A DNA stretch of 64,000 bases from Anaeromyxobacter sp. Lineage in GTDB: Bacteria; Myxococcota; Myxococcia; Myxococcales; Anaeromyxobacteraceae. Position 1 is the first letter of the stretch, and each line of letters starts with the position of its first letter. The translations under genes and the position numbers were made by a program. The stretch is taken from contig JASGJN010000007.1 of the NCBI GenBank assembly GCA_049840735.1, positions 1-64,000 of the forward strand, read 5' to 3'. This document shows positions 1-10,769 of the stretch, piece by piece. A model generated the notes under the pieces. That model made no database searches. It saw only the letters and a program-made list of their open reading frames with translations, and was not told where the DNA came from.

Positions 1-1981
1 GCCACCGACCTGGCGCCGCTGCTGCGGCTGGTCTTCTCCCGCGCCGGAGCGCCGTCCGCCGGCTACTCGGCGTCCTGTCTCGTTCAACGACCCCAAGGGC
101 ATGTGCCCGGCCTGCGAGGGCATCGGCACCGTGGTCGACATCGACGTGGACGAGTTGATCGATCTGGACAAGACCATCGACGAGGGGCCGGTCCGGTTCG
201 AACTTCCGGCCCGGGGTGTACCGCTGGAAGCGGTTCGCCTACTGCGGCCTCTTCGATCGCGAGAAGCCGCTCAAGGACTACACCGACGAGGAGATGGACC
301 TCTTCCTCTACGCGGATCAGCTGAAGCTGCCGAACCCCGATCCGCGCTTCCCCAGACCGCCCGCGTTCGACGGCGTCGTCACCCGCATGCGCGACGTCTA
401 CGTGAAGAACCGGCCGCGAATATCTCGCCCTCGGTGCGCGAGGAGCTGGATCGGCTCACGACGCACCGGGTGTGCCCCGAGTGTGAGGGGCCCGGCTCAA
501 CGCGGCGGCGCGGGCGAGCCGCATCGAGGGGCGATCGATCGTCAACTGGCAGGCGCTCGGTCGGCCTCACGACGCGGGTGGTCGAAGCTCGACGCTTCCC
601 CGAGGTGGCGCCGGCCCTGGACGGCATCCGCACCGCCCCTCGACGCCCTGCTCTCGGTGGGGCTCGGCTACCTCTCGCTCGACCGTGAGTCGTCCACGCT
701 GTCGGGCGGCGAGGCGCAGCGCGTCAAGATCGTGCGCCACCTCGGCAGCGCGCTCACCGACGTCACCTACGTCTTCGACGAGCCCTCCACGGGCCTGCAC
801 CCGGCCGACGTGCAGCGGCTCAACCGGCTGCTGCTGCGCCTGCGCGACGCCGGCAACACGGTGCTCGTGGTCGAGCACCACCCCCAGGTGATCCGGGTGG
901 CGGATCACGTCGTCGACATCGGCCCGGGCGCGGGAGCCGACGGGCGGGCGGATGCAGTTCGAGGGGACGCCGGTGTCGCTCACGGCAAGCGATACGGTCA
1001 CGGGTCGGCTGCTGTCGCGGCCGCTCACGGTGCGGTCATCGGTTCGGGATTGGACTCTGGGTCCACCGCGTCGTGAACGCCTCGGCGCACAACCTCACCG
1101 GATTCGACGTCGACGTGCCGCTCGGCGTGCTCACGGCGGTCACGGGCATCGCCGGCTCGGGCAAGAATTCCTTCGCCACCGACCGAGCTGCCGCTCCAGC
1201 ACCCGGAGTTCACGGTCGGTCGGCCAGGACCCGCTGCGCGGCGGGGTGCGATCCACCTCGCTGAGCATTCTCGGCATCGCGGACGAGGTGCGCACCGTCT
1301 TCTCCGAGGCTTCGGGGCTCGCGCCCGCCTGGTTCAGCTTCAACTCCAAGGGCGCCTGCCCGGCGTGCAAGGGCAAGGGCTACATCACGACCGAGCTGGC
1401 GTTCCTCGACGACGTGGCGACGCCCTGCGACGAGTGCGACGGCGAGCGCTTCAACGACCGCGCACTGAGCGTGACCCTCGACGGCCGCAGCGATCGCCGA
1501 CGTGCTCAAGATGCACCGCCGCCGGCATCGCCGAGCTGTTCGCCGATCACCCGGCGATCGTGGTCGCCATGAGCTGGCTTGAGCGCGTCGGCCTCGGCTA
1601 CACCGCGGTCGGTCAGTCGCTCGACACGCTGTCGGGCGGCGAGAAGCAGCGTCTGCTGCTGGCGCGGCATCTGCACGGCGTCGCCGTCGCTCGCGGGCGA
1701 GAGGATCGTGCTCGACGAGCCGACGACGGGCCTGCACCCCAGCGACGTCGACCGCATCAACACACTGTTCGCCACGAGCTGGTCGATGCCGGCGCGACTC
1801 TGGTGGTTGTCGAGCACAACCTGCGGGGTCGTCGCCCAGGCCGACTAGGTGATCGACATCGGGCCGGGGGCGGGATCGGAGGGCGGACGCCTGGTCTTCG
1901 CCGGGCCGCCCGACGAGCTGGTCGACGACGGAACCCTCGTTGACCGGACGTGCCCTGGCCCAGGCCGCCGCCGCGGGTTGA
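1..1981 (+). pseudogene. UvrA-family (class II / DrrC-like) ABC ATPase, 5'-truncated by the window edge, many frameshifts
   Basis: Pieces in different frames give [62 protein letters not shown] and DEPTTGLHPSD. There is a TAG at 1846 where Trp is expected. The probable end is ...SLTGRALAQAAAAG* at 1981. Confidence 0.85.
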
Positions 1982-3249
1982 GCCTCGGGCCGAACGGCCG
2001 CGTGTCGGCGGCGGGCGGGGGCTCGGCAGGAGGCGGCAGCGGGCTGGCCAGGCGGGCTCGCCGGCGCGCCAGCCCGGCCCGGACCACGGAGCCGATGGCC
2101 CAGCCCACCAGCGGGATGCCGATGGTCCAGGCCGCGTCACCTCCTGCACCCGGCCCCAGTAGTGGCTGGGCGCGAGCAAGGAGGCCGGGACCACGCTGTC
2201 GGTGGGCTGGAACCAGGGGAGCGCGCCGGGGAGGGGGTGTCCGCCCAGGCCGCCGCCATCACGAAGGCGATCGCCGCCGGACGAACAGGCCGAACGTCGC
2301 GACGAACAATGCCAGCTGGCCGGCGTCGCCCCGGCGCTCCACCGGCTTCAGCCTGTCGCAGGGCGGTGCGGTCGGGCCGGGCCGGGCCGCGGCGGCCGCG
2401 TCGCCGGTGGCCTGGGCCAGGGTGGCGCCCGGGCCGTGGCTGCGGAGCGTGTGCGTGATGACGCTGGCGGCCAGCGCCAGGCCGATGGCGAACCAGGCCG
2501 AGGTGCGCGCCCAGTCCGGGCGCGGCGCCCAGCCGGCGTCGTCGACCACCGCGGCCAGGAGCTGCGGCCCCATCAGCAGGGCGGCGATGATGGACCATCA
2601 CCAGCCAGTTGAGGAGCAGGTTCCGGAGAAGATGGCGGCCACGGCCCAGGTGTCGCCGGAGCCGACGCCCTTGCGCGGCGTGAGGTAGTTGCTTGAACTC
2701 GCGCAGCCGGTCCACCGGCCGCGGCTCGGGGCGGAGCGGGTCGCGCGGGCCGGCGTGATTGTCCACGCCGCGCGTCAGCCGCGCCGCCACCAGGGCCGCC
2801 GCGTCCAGCCCCGAGGGCGTCCCGGGGGTCGCGCCGGGCGCGGGGCAGGGGAGCGGCGCGGTGTTGCGGTCCACCGGCACGCCGCAGGAGGTCCGCTGGA
2901 TCCAGGCCTGCAGCCAGCTGCCGATGTAGCCGCCGCCGGAGACGGTGGAGAGGTAGTCGAAGCGGAGCAGGAGCCCGGAGCGCGCCAGCGCCTGCAGCAG
3001 GCCCAGGTTGAAGGTGGCGCTGCGGATGCCGCCGCCGGACAGGCACAGCGCCGAGAGCGGCTCGGCCTGGGCGGCCACGCGGGCGAAGTGGGCGGCCAGC
3101 GGGTCGGCCGGCGGCTGGGCGGAGGCCTCGCCGTCCGGGGTCCCGCCCGCCGGGGCCTGCTCCGCGCGCGGGCCGCGGAGCTGCTCCAGCTCCGCGGCGA
3201 GGACCGAGTGCAGCGGCACGCGTGCGGACTCCGGCCTGGGCGAGGACAT
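1950..3249 (-). pseudogene. Patatin-like/cPLA2-type phospholipase membrane protein, frameshifted and 3'-truncated
   Basis: LCLSGGGIRSATFNLG and FDYLSTVSGGGYIGSW motifs are present. Hydrophobic segments continue in other frames (e.g. 2259..2573) until they run into the UvrA-like sequence. The 3' coordinate is approximate. Confidence 0.75.
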
Positions 3250-3411
3250 CGACGGCCCCCTGTCGTCGGGTTTTGCCCAGGGTATGGGGCCGGGTTCGCT
3301 CTCGGTCAATGCGCAGCGCGGCGCAAAGGCGTGCCAGGAGGGGCGGGGCCCCTTCCTGGCTGCGGCCGGCGGAGGGCCTCCGCCGGGGACGCCGGCCCGC
3401 GCGCCCCTCGC

Positions 3412-3864
3412 TCACGGGCGCGACGCCGCCGGCCCGGCCCCGCCCAGCGGCCGGGGGTCTGGGCTGGCCTGGCGCGCGGCGGGGGCCCGCTCGTGCAGCT
3501 GGGCCAGCTGCGCCAGCGCCGCGGCCGCGACCGCCATCACCGCGTCGCGCGCGGCCACGTCGAGGAAGTGGCCGGTGGTGATGAGGTTGAGCGCGATGGC
3601 GCCCAGCCAGGCCATGGCCACCCAGCCGAACACGCGGGCGTGCCCGGTCAGGATGGCCACGCCCACCGCCACCTCCACCACGCCGGCCAGGTGCATGAAG
3701 GTGCTTCCGCTGAAGGGCAGCAGCCGGACGGCCAGCGGGCTGAGGTAGCCCTGCCAGTCGGCCAGCAGGTTCGTGAACTTATCCAGCCCGGCCACGATGG
3801 GGACCACCCCCAGCGCGAGGCGCAGGGCCCAGTAGGCGTTCCAGCTCGGCTTCCGTTCGGTCAT
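3412..3864 (-). CDS. DoxX-family membrane protein
   Basis: 150 aa with about 4 TM segments; AGLDKF...W..YL and DVAARD motifs; GAGGAG RBS upstream. Confidence 0.85.
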   Translation of the reverse strand: MTERKPSWNAYWALRLALGVVPIVAGLDKFTNLLADWQGYLSPLAVRLLPFSGSTFMHLAGVVEVAVGVAILTGHARVFGWVAMAWLGAIALNLITTGHFLDVAARDAVMAVAAAALAQLAQLHERAPAARQASPDPRPLGGAGPAASRP

Positions 3865-3896
3865 GTCGTCGCTCCTCGTCAGGGTTCAGTGCGTTG

Positions 3897-3950
3897 GATG
3901 CACGGGCGGGCGCGGAGGTGACTGCGTAACCTCCGGGTGGTCCGCGCATC
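3897..3950. promoter_or_regulatory. Back-to-back ECF-type promoters for doxX and the sigma factor gene
   Basis: The + strand reads GTAACCTCCG...GCATC (3926-3950) and the - strand reads GTCACCTCCG...GCATC (3922-3897). Confidence 0.5.
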
Positions 3951-3969
3951 GGATGGGAAGGAGGCCGGG

Positions 3970-4638
3970 ATGATCGACGCCGGGGTCGGGCGCGTGCACG
4001 AGGCGGAGCGGCTGGACGACGCGCAGGTGGTCGGGCGGGTGCTGGCCGGCGAGACCGCGCTCTTCGAGCTGCTGATCCGGCGCTACAACGGCCGGGTCTA
4101 CCGGGCGCTGCGCGCCATCCTGCGCGACGAGGCCGAGGTGGAGGACGCGATGCAGCAGGCCTACGTGCGCGCGTACGTCCACCTGGCCGAGTTCCGGGGC
4201 GAGGCCAGCTTCTCCACCTGGCTCACCCGCATCGCCGTCAACGAGGGGCTGGGGCGCCTGCGTGCGCCGGTGCGCGAGGTGCCGCTCGAGCTGGGCGCCG
4301 ACGCGGCGACGGAGGGGCCGTCGCCGGAGGAGGCCGCCGCCGCGAGGGAGACCATGACGCTGCTGGAGCGGGCCATCGACGGGCTGGCGGTCCACCACCG
4401 GACCGTCTACGTGCTGCGCGAGGTGGAGGGGCTCTCCACCGCGGAGGTGGCCCGGGTGCTGGGCATCACCGAGGACGCCGCCAAGGTCCGCCTGCACCGG
4501 GCGCGGCTGGCGCTGCGGGATGGCCTGGCGGAGGCGGTGGGCGAGGCCGCCCCGGCCGCGTTCCGGTTCCTGGCGCCGCGCTGCGACCGGGTGGTGGCGG
4601 CGGTCATGGGCGCGCTGGCGGTGCGCGGGCCGGGGTGA
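3970..4638 (+). CDS. ECF-type RNA polymerase sigma-70 factor
   Basis: Region 2 (EVEDAMQQAY, FSTWLTRIAVN) and region 4 (LREVEGLSTAEVA, KVRLHRAR) are present. C-terminal extension FRFLAPRCDRVV; GGAGG RBS. Confidence 0.92.
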   Translation: MIDAGVGRVHEAERLDDAQVVGRVLAGETALFELLIRRYNGRVYRALRAILRDEAEVEDAMQQAYVRAYVHLAEFRGEASFSTWLTRIAVNEGLGRLRAPVREVPLELGADAATEGPSPEEAAAARETMTLLERAIDGLAVHHRTVYVLREVEGLSTAEVARVLGITEDAAKVRLHRARLALRDGLAEAVGEAAPAAFRFLAPRCDRVVAAVMGALAVRGPG

Positions 4639-4717
4639 TCCGTCCGGGCCGGCGCGGGGAGGGCCGGCCGGTGCTATCGGGATCCTTCACCGCCGCCGGT
4701 CGCGAGGAGGGCCCCGC

Positions 4718-5326
4718 ATGCAGCTCCTGGGTTCGGACACCAGCCCGTACACGCGCAAGGTCCGGCTGGTCCTGCTGGAGAAGGGCCTGCCGCACCGCTA
4801 CGTCGTCGCGCCGCCGCGCGAGCCCGGCAGCCCGGTGCCGAAGGCCAACCCGCTGGGCCGCATCCCCACGCTGCTGCTGGACGACGGCAGCGCCGTCTAC
4901 GACTCACCCGTCATCTGCGAGTACCTGGACACGCTGAACGACCAGCCGGTCCTCATCCCGCGGGGAGACCCGCTGGCGCGGCTGCGCGTGCGGCGCTGGG
5001 AGGCGCTGGCGGACGGCGTGATGGACTCTGCGGTGGTGATGCGGGTGGAGTCGCTGCGCCCGGCCGAGAAGCAGGATCCGGCCATCCTCGCGCTGCACGG
5101 CGGCGCCGTGGGCCGGGCGCTGGCGCTCGCCGCCGAGCAGCTGGAGGGGCGGACCTGCTGCGAGGGCGAGGCGCTCACGCTGGCCGACCTGGCGCTCGTC
5201 TCGGCGCTGCTCTACCTCGACCTGCGCCAGCCGGAGCGCGACTGGCGCGGCCAGCACCCCGCGCTGCGGCGCTGGGCAGCGGGGGTGCTGGCGCGCGAGA
5301 GCGTCCGGGCGACGCTGCAGCGGTGA
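4718..5326 (+). CDS. Glutathione S-transferase family protein
   Basis: SPYTRKVR, NPLGRIPTL, YDSPVICEYLD and TLADLAL motifs. Confidence 0.92.
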   Translation: MQLLGSDTSPYTRKVRLVLLEKGLPHRYVVAPPREPGSPVPKANPLGRIPTLLLDDGSAVYDSPVICEYLDTLNDQPVLIPRGDPLARLRVRRWEALADGVMDSAVVMRVESLRPAEKQDPAILALHGGAVGRALALAAEQLEGRTCCEGEALTLADLALVSALLYLDLRQPERDWRGQHPALRRWAAGVLARESVRATLQR

Positions 5327-5339
5327 GCGGCGCCGGCGC

Positions 5340-5774
5340 CTACTCCGCCACCGCGTCGCCGGTCCCGCCCAGCTCACGGGGAAAGTCCCGCAGCTTGGGC
5401 AGGCCGTCCGGGAACGGGACCACGCGCTCCGCGTAGTTCACGTGGAGCCCGGGCGAGAACGGCAGCGTGGGCAGCGTGGCGGCGTACACGTCCACCAGCC
5501 CCCACTGCGGGTGATCGGTGAGCAGGTGGCCGCCGCAGCTGGTGCACCACTTCCGGTGGCTGCGCTCGCTCTTGCGGTAGGTGCCCACCAGGTGGCGCCC
5601 GCGCGTGATCTCGACCGCCGCCGGCTTCCAGAGCGTGAAGGCGTTCACCGGCGACGCCGACCACTGCCGGCAGGAGCTGCAGTGGCAGTAGCCCATGGCC
5701 TCGGGCGCACCGGTGACCTCGATCTCGACGCTGCCGCAGAAGCAGCGGCCGACGTGCTTCGCCTGGTTCTCCAT
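5340..5774 (-). CDS. GFA/CENP-V family Zn-binding protein
   Basis: GRCFCGSV, YCHCSSCR and WCTSCGGHL motifs. Confidence 0.92.
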   Translation of the reverse strand: MENQAKHVGRCFCGSVEIEVTGAPEAMGYCHCSSCRQWSASPVNAFTLWKPAAVEITRGRHLVGTYRKSERSHRKWCTSCGGHLLTDHPQWGLVDVYAATLPTLPFSPGLHVNYAERVVPFPDGLPKLRDFPRELGGTGDAVAE

Positions 5775-5909
5775 CCCCGTCCTCCTCGTGTCTCCCGCCG
5801 GGACCCTGCCCGCGCGGTGTGCTGGCCCGCGGCTCCTCGCCCCCGCCGCCCATCGGCGGAGTGCGTCGCCGCGAGCAACGTCTTATGTGAGCAGGCGCGG
5901 CGCCGGAAT

Positions 5910-6000
5910 GACCGGACGGCGGCTTCTCACGACCGGACGTCCGGAGGACGCGGGCCGCATGACCGCGCGTCCGGTGGACCCCACCGGGCGTCCGGAGGAG
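5910..6000. promoter_or_regulatory. Four direct repeats, probable AraC-family operator
   Basis: GACCGGACGTCCGG-like units at 5910, 5931, 5961 and 5982 (spacing 21/30/21) between the divergent GFA and AraC genes. Confidence 0.55.
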
Positions 6001-6008
6001 AGGCGGGG

Positions 6009-7044
6009 ATGAGCATCGACACCATCTCGGACGTGCTGCGCGCGGTGCGCCTGACCGGCGGGGTCTTCTTCTCGAATCGAGGGGAGCTCGCCGTGGGCGG
6101 CCGAGGCGCTCCCGGCGCGCGAGATCCGGCCCGAGGTGCTGCCCGGCGCCGAGCACGTGCTGGAGTTCCACGTCGTCACCCAGGGTGCCTGCTGGGCCGG
6201 CCTGGTGGGCGAGCCGGCCATCCGCCTCGAGGCGGGCGACGTGATCGCCTTCCCGCAGGGGGACGCGCACGTGGTGTCGAGCGCGCCCGGCATGCGGGCC
6301 ACGCCCGACTACGTGCCGCTGCGCGAGGCGCCACGCCTGCCGGTCCTCTTCAAGAGCCTGGGCGGCGGGAGCGAGCGGGCCGAGCTCATCTGCGGCTTCC
6401 TGGGCTGCGACGCGCGGCCGTTCAACCCGCTCTTCGCCACGCTGCCCCGGGTGCTCCACGCGCGGCGCGGGAGCGGCGACGGGCGGATCGAGCAGCTGGT
6501 CCGGCTGGCGCTGGCGGAGTCGGCCTCGCCCAGCCCCGGCGGCGAGTGCGTGCTGGCGCGCCTGGGCGAGCTGCTCTTCGTGGAGGCGGTCCGGCGGCAC
6601 CTGGCCGCGCTGCCGCCGCAGGAGGTGGGCTGGCTGGCCGGGCTCAGGGACGAGGGGGTGGGGCGGGCGCTGGCCGCGCTCCACCACCGGCCGGCGCGCG
6701 GCTGGGACCTGGACGCGCTCGCCCGCGAGGTCGGGCTGTCGCGCTCGGTGCTGGCCGAGCGCTTCATGCTCTTCCTGGGCGTGCCGCCCATGCAGTACCT
6801 GGCGCGCTGGCGGATGCAGCTGGCGGCGAACCTCCTGTCCACGACGGCGCTGGGCCTGGCCGCGATCGCCGACCGCGTCGGCTACGGGTCGGAGGCGGCG
6901 CTGAGCCGCGCCTTCAAGCGATGGGTGGGGGTGGCGCCGGCGGACTGGCGGCGCGGGCGGCGCGGGGCGGGGGCGGTTCGCGCCGGGCCGGTGGGGCCTG
7001 GGGGCGAGCGGCCCGAGGGCGCCGCCGTCCCGCCCGCCCAGTGA
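6009..7044 (+). CDS. AraC-family transcriptional regulator with N-terminal cupin domain (one frameshift at ~6075)
   Basis: MSIDTISDVLRAVRLTGGVFF joins ORF 6136..7044, which carries the HTH (LAREVGLSRSVLAERF, VGYGSEAALSRAFKR). Removing one A from GAATC restores the frame. Confidence 0.9.
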
Positions 7045-7286
7045 CCGGGACGCGGGCAGCCGCGGGGCGCCTGCGCCTGCCCTTCGACTCCGCCGCCGCG
7101 GAGCGGCGGCACCAGCTCGGCCTCTGCCCGGCCCACCACCTGGCCTGCGTGCACCGCGGGCACGTGACGATCACCGCGCCGGCGCGGGAGCTGGTGCGCT
7201 TCGAGCTGGGGGTGCGGGCGGAGGGCGGGCCGCTGGTCAGCTACGAGCGGCTGATCGCGCCGACCGAGGGCGGGGTGGTGCACTGA
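7041..7286 (+). CDS. Small hypothetical protein (start uncertain)
   Basis: The GTG overlaps the AraC stop. The 3' half has typical GC3-rich codons, but the 5' half overlaps a repeat copy. Confidence 0.35.
   Translation: MTGTRAAAGRLRLPFDSAAAERRHQLGLCPAHHLACVHRGHVTITAPARELVRFELGVRAEGGPLVSYERLIAPTEGGVVH
7076..7120 (-). repeat. Degenerate reverse copy of the CTGAGCGTAG...GAGTCGAAGG palindromic repeat
   Basis: CCTGCCCTTCGACTCCGCCGCCGCGGAGCGGCGGC is the reverse complement of the repeat 3' arm plus its inner hairpin. Confidence 0.6.
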
Positions 7287-7322
7287 GCGGCAGCGGTGGC
7301 GGGCCGTGCTACAAACCCGGCC

Positions 7323-8189
7323 GTGCCTCGCCACCATCGCTCCCGGCTCGCTCCGCTGGTCCCCCTCCTCGTGCTCGCCAGCTGTACCGGCGCGAGCGCA
7401 CCCGACGGCCACCAGCCGGAGCCGCCCCACGGCCCCGTGAAGCGGGGCGTGTCCTACGGCTTCCGCAGCCAGGCAGATCTGGACGCGCTCACGCCCGAGG
7501 TGGGCTGGTGGTACAACTGGTCACACCGGCCCGACGCGACGCTCTCCGGCGCCGAGTTCGTCCCCATGGTCTGGGGAGCCATCCAGCCCGCGGACGTGGC
7601 CACGATCGAGGCCGGCATCCCGCAGGAGGCGAGATTCCTGCTGGGCTTCAACGAGCCCAACTTCAAGCACCAGGCCAACCTCACCGCCGCCGAGGCGGCG
7701 GCGCTCTGGCCGCTGCTGGAGCGGATCGCGGACGATCGCGGGCTGGAGCTGGTCGCGCCGGCGGTCAACTACTGCGGGCCGGCCGACGCGTGCTGGGACA
7801 CCAACCCGTTCTCCTGGCTGGACGACTTCTTCGAGGCCTGTGACGCGCGCGGGGGTTGCCGCGTCGACTACGTCGCGGGCCACTGGTACTCGTGCTACGG
7901 GGGTGCGCTCTCCGGCTTCCTGCGCGACCTGCACGCCCACGCGCGCGGGCGCAAGGTCTGGCTGACCGAGTTCGCCTGCGCGGAGGTGGCCGACGTGTCG
8001 CTGCCCCGGCAGCAGGCCTACATGGAGGACGCGGTGGCGATCCTCGAGGCCGACCCCATGGTCTTCCGGTACGCCTGGTTCATCGGCCGGCAGGCGCCCG
8101 CGAACCCGGGCTGGCCCATCGACCTGCTGGGCGCGGACGGGCAGCTGACGCCGCTGGGCGAGGCGTACGTCGGGCTGCCCGGGCCCTGA
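7323..8189 (+). CDS. Glycoside hydrolase family 128-like (beta-1,3-glucanase-type) lipoprotein
   Basis: Lipobox LASC; WWYNW, EFVPMVWG, LLGFNEPN, VWLTEF and RYAWF motifs. Confidence 0.85.
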   Translation: MPRHHRSRLAPLVPLLVLASCTGASAPDGHQPEPPHGPVKRGVSYGFRSQADLDALTPEVGWWYNWSHRPDATLSGAEFVPMVWGAIQPADVATIEAGIPQEARFLLGFNEPNFKHQANLTAAEAAALWPLLERIADDRGLELVAPAVNYCGPADACWDTNPFSWLDDFFEACDARGGCRVDYVAGHWYSCYGGALSGFLRDLHAHARGRKVWLTEFACAEVADVSLPRQQAYMEDAVAILEADPMVFRYAWFIGRQAPANPGWPIDLLGADGQLTPLGEAYVGLPGP

Positions 8190-8194
8190 GCGCG

Positions 8195-10769
8195 TCACAG
8201 CTCGACCCCGAGCTTCACCGCGAAGGTGCGGCCGGGGCGCTGGACGCCCAGGAAGTCGGTGACCCGCGCGTCGGACAGGTTCTCCACCTCCAGCGTGGCC
8301 GAGACCCGGCGCGCTCCGCTGCGCGCCGCGTAGGTCACCCCGGCGTCGTGCACGCACTGCGAGGGGACCACCTGCTTGTGCTCGGCCTGGCCCACGCTCT
8401 CCCAGGCCCGGAAGAACGAGTGGACGTAGCGCCCCTGGTAGAAGGGCTCCAGCGAATCACGGATGGTGAAGAGCCCCTGTCGCTGCAGCGTGGCGCCCCA
8501 GCTCCCGAAGAGCCAGGGGCGGTTGGGGACCCGGTCGCCGCGGGTGCTGGCGAAGGTCCCCGCGTCCGAGACGTTGCGCAGGTCCTGCCAGGTGGCGCTG
8601 CCCTCCAGCCGCAGCCAGCCGCCGGGCGCCATCCAGGCGGCGCTGCCCTCCAGGCCGAGCCCCCGCGCGTGGTAGACGTTCTCGTAGGGCCGGCGCGACT
8701 GCACGCCGAGCAGGACGATCAGGTCGTCCACGTCGCGCAGGAAGCCGTTGGCCTCGGCGGCCAGCGCCCCCGCGCCGCCGTCCAGGCCGAAGCGGGCGCC
8801 GAGGTTGGCCGCGTGCGCCTCCTCCGGCTGCAGGTCGAGGTTGGCGTCCACCAGCATGCCGTCGCCGAACACCTCGTCCGGCCTGGGCAGGCGCACGGTG
8901 TGCTCGTAGGAGGCCTTGACGTCCACCCAGCGCGCCAGCGCGTAGCGCAGGCCGCCGCCCGCGCCCCAGCGCTCGAGGTGGCGGGAGACGTCGCGGAACG
9001 CGGTCCCGTCCGCGACCTGGGCGTCGGCGCGGTACAGGTAGTGCTTCACGAAGGCGACCGCCTCCAGCCGCTGGTCGTCGGGGTGGCCGGAGGGCGCGGC
9101 GCCCGGGGCGCCGGCCCAGGGGAGCGCCCGGAGCTGCCACTCCAGGCCGGACACCGCGGTCAGGAGGCGCTGGTCCCCCTCCAGCGGGTCGATGACCCCC
9201 GTCTGCAGCCGGTCCTCGCCTTCGCGGGTGGTGAAGGTGGGCGAGAGGGCGAGCCGGAACGCCTGCCCGGCGAGCGGGGTCCACTCCAGCAGCAGCCGGG
9301 AGAAGCCCTGGTGCTGGGTGACCCGCTGGTCGGCGGCCCTGGTCTCGTCCACCTCGCCCTGGCCGGCCGGGCGCGGCGCGATCCGGTGGCCGTACCAGTC
9401 CCAGCGCCACTCCGCCTGGTCGAGGAACCGGATCCGCCGCTGGCCGTAGCTCGCGACCAGAATCCAGCGCCAGGGCCGGCGCGAGGTCGCCCTGGTAGCG
9501 GAGCGTGGCGCCCCCCATCCGCTCGCCGTACGACACCTCGCCGTAGGGCACGGTCATGACCTGGTTGTGCTGCAGCTCCTTGTCGTAGCCGGTGAGGTAG
9601 CCGCGGAGCGACAGGAGCCGCGCCCAGGGGCGGTCGGCGACGCCCACCTCCAGCGTCCCGCCCGCCGCGCCGTACCCGTCGTGGAAGCGGCGGACGGTGG
9701 CGTCGTGGAGCTGGCCGCTGGTGTCCGCCACCTGGACGTCCACGGGGTAGTCGTTGCGGGCCAGGTCCACGAAGCCGGTGAGGCGGGCGAACGCCCCGCC
9801 GTCCTCGTCCCGCCAGCGGCCGGTGAGCGCGCCGCGGTGCGTGCCGTAGGAGCCGGACTGCCAGCTGGCCGTGCCGCCGGTGTGCGTCTCGGGGGCGGTG
9901 ACCAGGTGCACCACCCCGCCCACCGCGTCGGTGGCCAGCCGGAGCGGCACCACGCCCCGGTAGATCTCCACCTGCTCGATCAGGTCCACCGGGACGTTGG
10001 CGATCCCGAAGGGATATCCAGCCACGTCCAGCGGAACGCCGTCGAGGAAGTAGCGGATCTGGTCGTCCTGCAGGCCGTTGACCGAGAGGCGTGCGGCCGA
10101 GCCGAGCCCGCCGGCGCGCCGCAGCGAGACGCCCTGGGCCTGGGCCAGCACCTGGCCCAGATCGCCGGTCCGGTCGTGCGCCTGGTCCAGCTCCAGCACC
10201 GTGACCGCGTCGGCCGAGCGCCGGAGCTGTTCGGCCGGGGCGGCCCGGCCGCGCACCGTGACCTCGACCGGCGGCGGGCCGTCCGCCTCCCCGCCGGCGG
10301 CGGGTGGCGCCGCGGGCGAAGCGGCCGTGACCTGCTCCGCGGCGGGCGGCGGGAGGCGGAACGACTCGCGCAGCAGGATGCGGGCGGCCACCGCGCGCTC
10401 CCCGACCCGGGCTGGCTCGAAGCGGTGGTGCCCGGCGGCGTCCAGGGCCGCCTCGTCGAAGCCATGCCCAGCCCCCTCGACCACCTCGGCGGCGGTCACC
10501 GCGCCGGAGGCGTCGAGGGTCAGCCGGAGCACCACCTCTCCCTCGAGCCCGGCGGCGCGGGCCTCCTCGGGATACTGGATCGGCGCCCGCTCCAGCAGGC
10601 GCGGCGGGACCCGGGCCGGGGCCGGCAGGCTCTCGGCGGCGGGGGTGTCCGAGGCGGCGGCCCGGGCGGCGGTCGCTGCGTCGTCGGAGGCGCCGGCGGC
10701 CCCGGCGGCGGGCAGCGCGGTGGCCAGCGCCACCGCCAGGGAGAGCGAGAGCGGGCGCGGCGGGCTCAT
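8195..10769 (-). CDS. TonB-dependent receptor (MxcH-like) with an N-terminal TonB-C domain; frameshift at ~9462
   Basis: Signal peptide, YPEEAR..GLEGEVVLRL TonB-C domain, plug (IEQVEIYRGVVP) and barrel end ENLSDARV...PGRTFAVKLGVEL. The two ORFs join on removing one base at GAATC. Confidence 0.9.
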
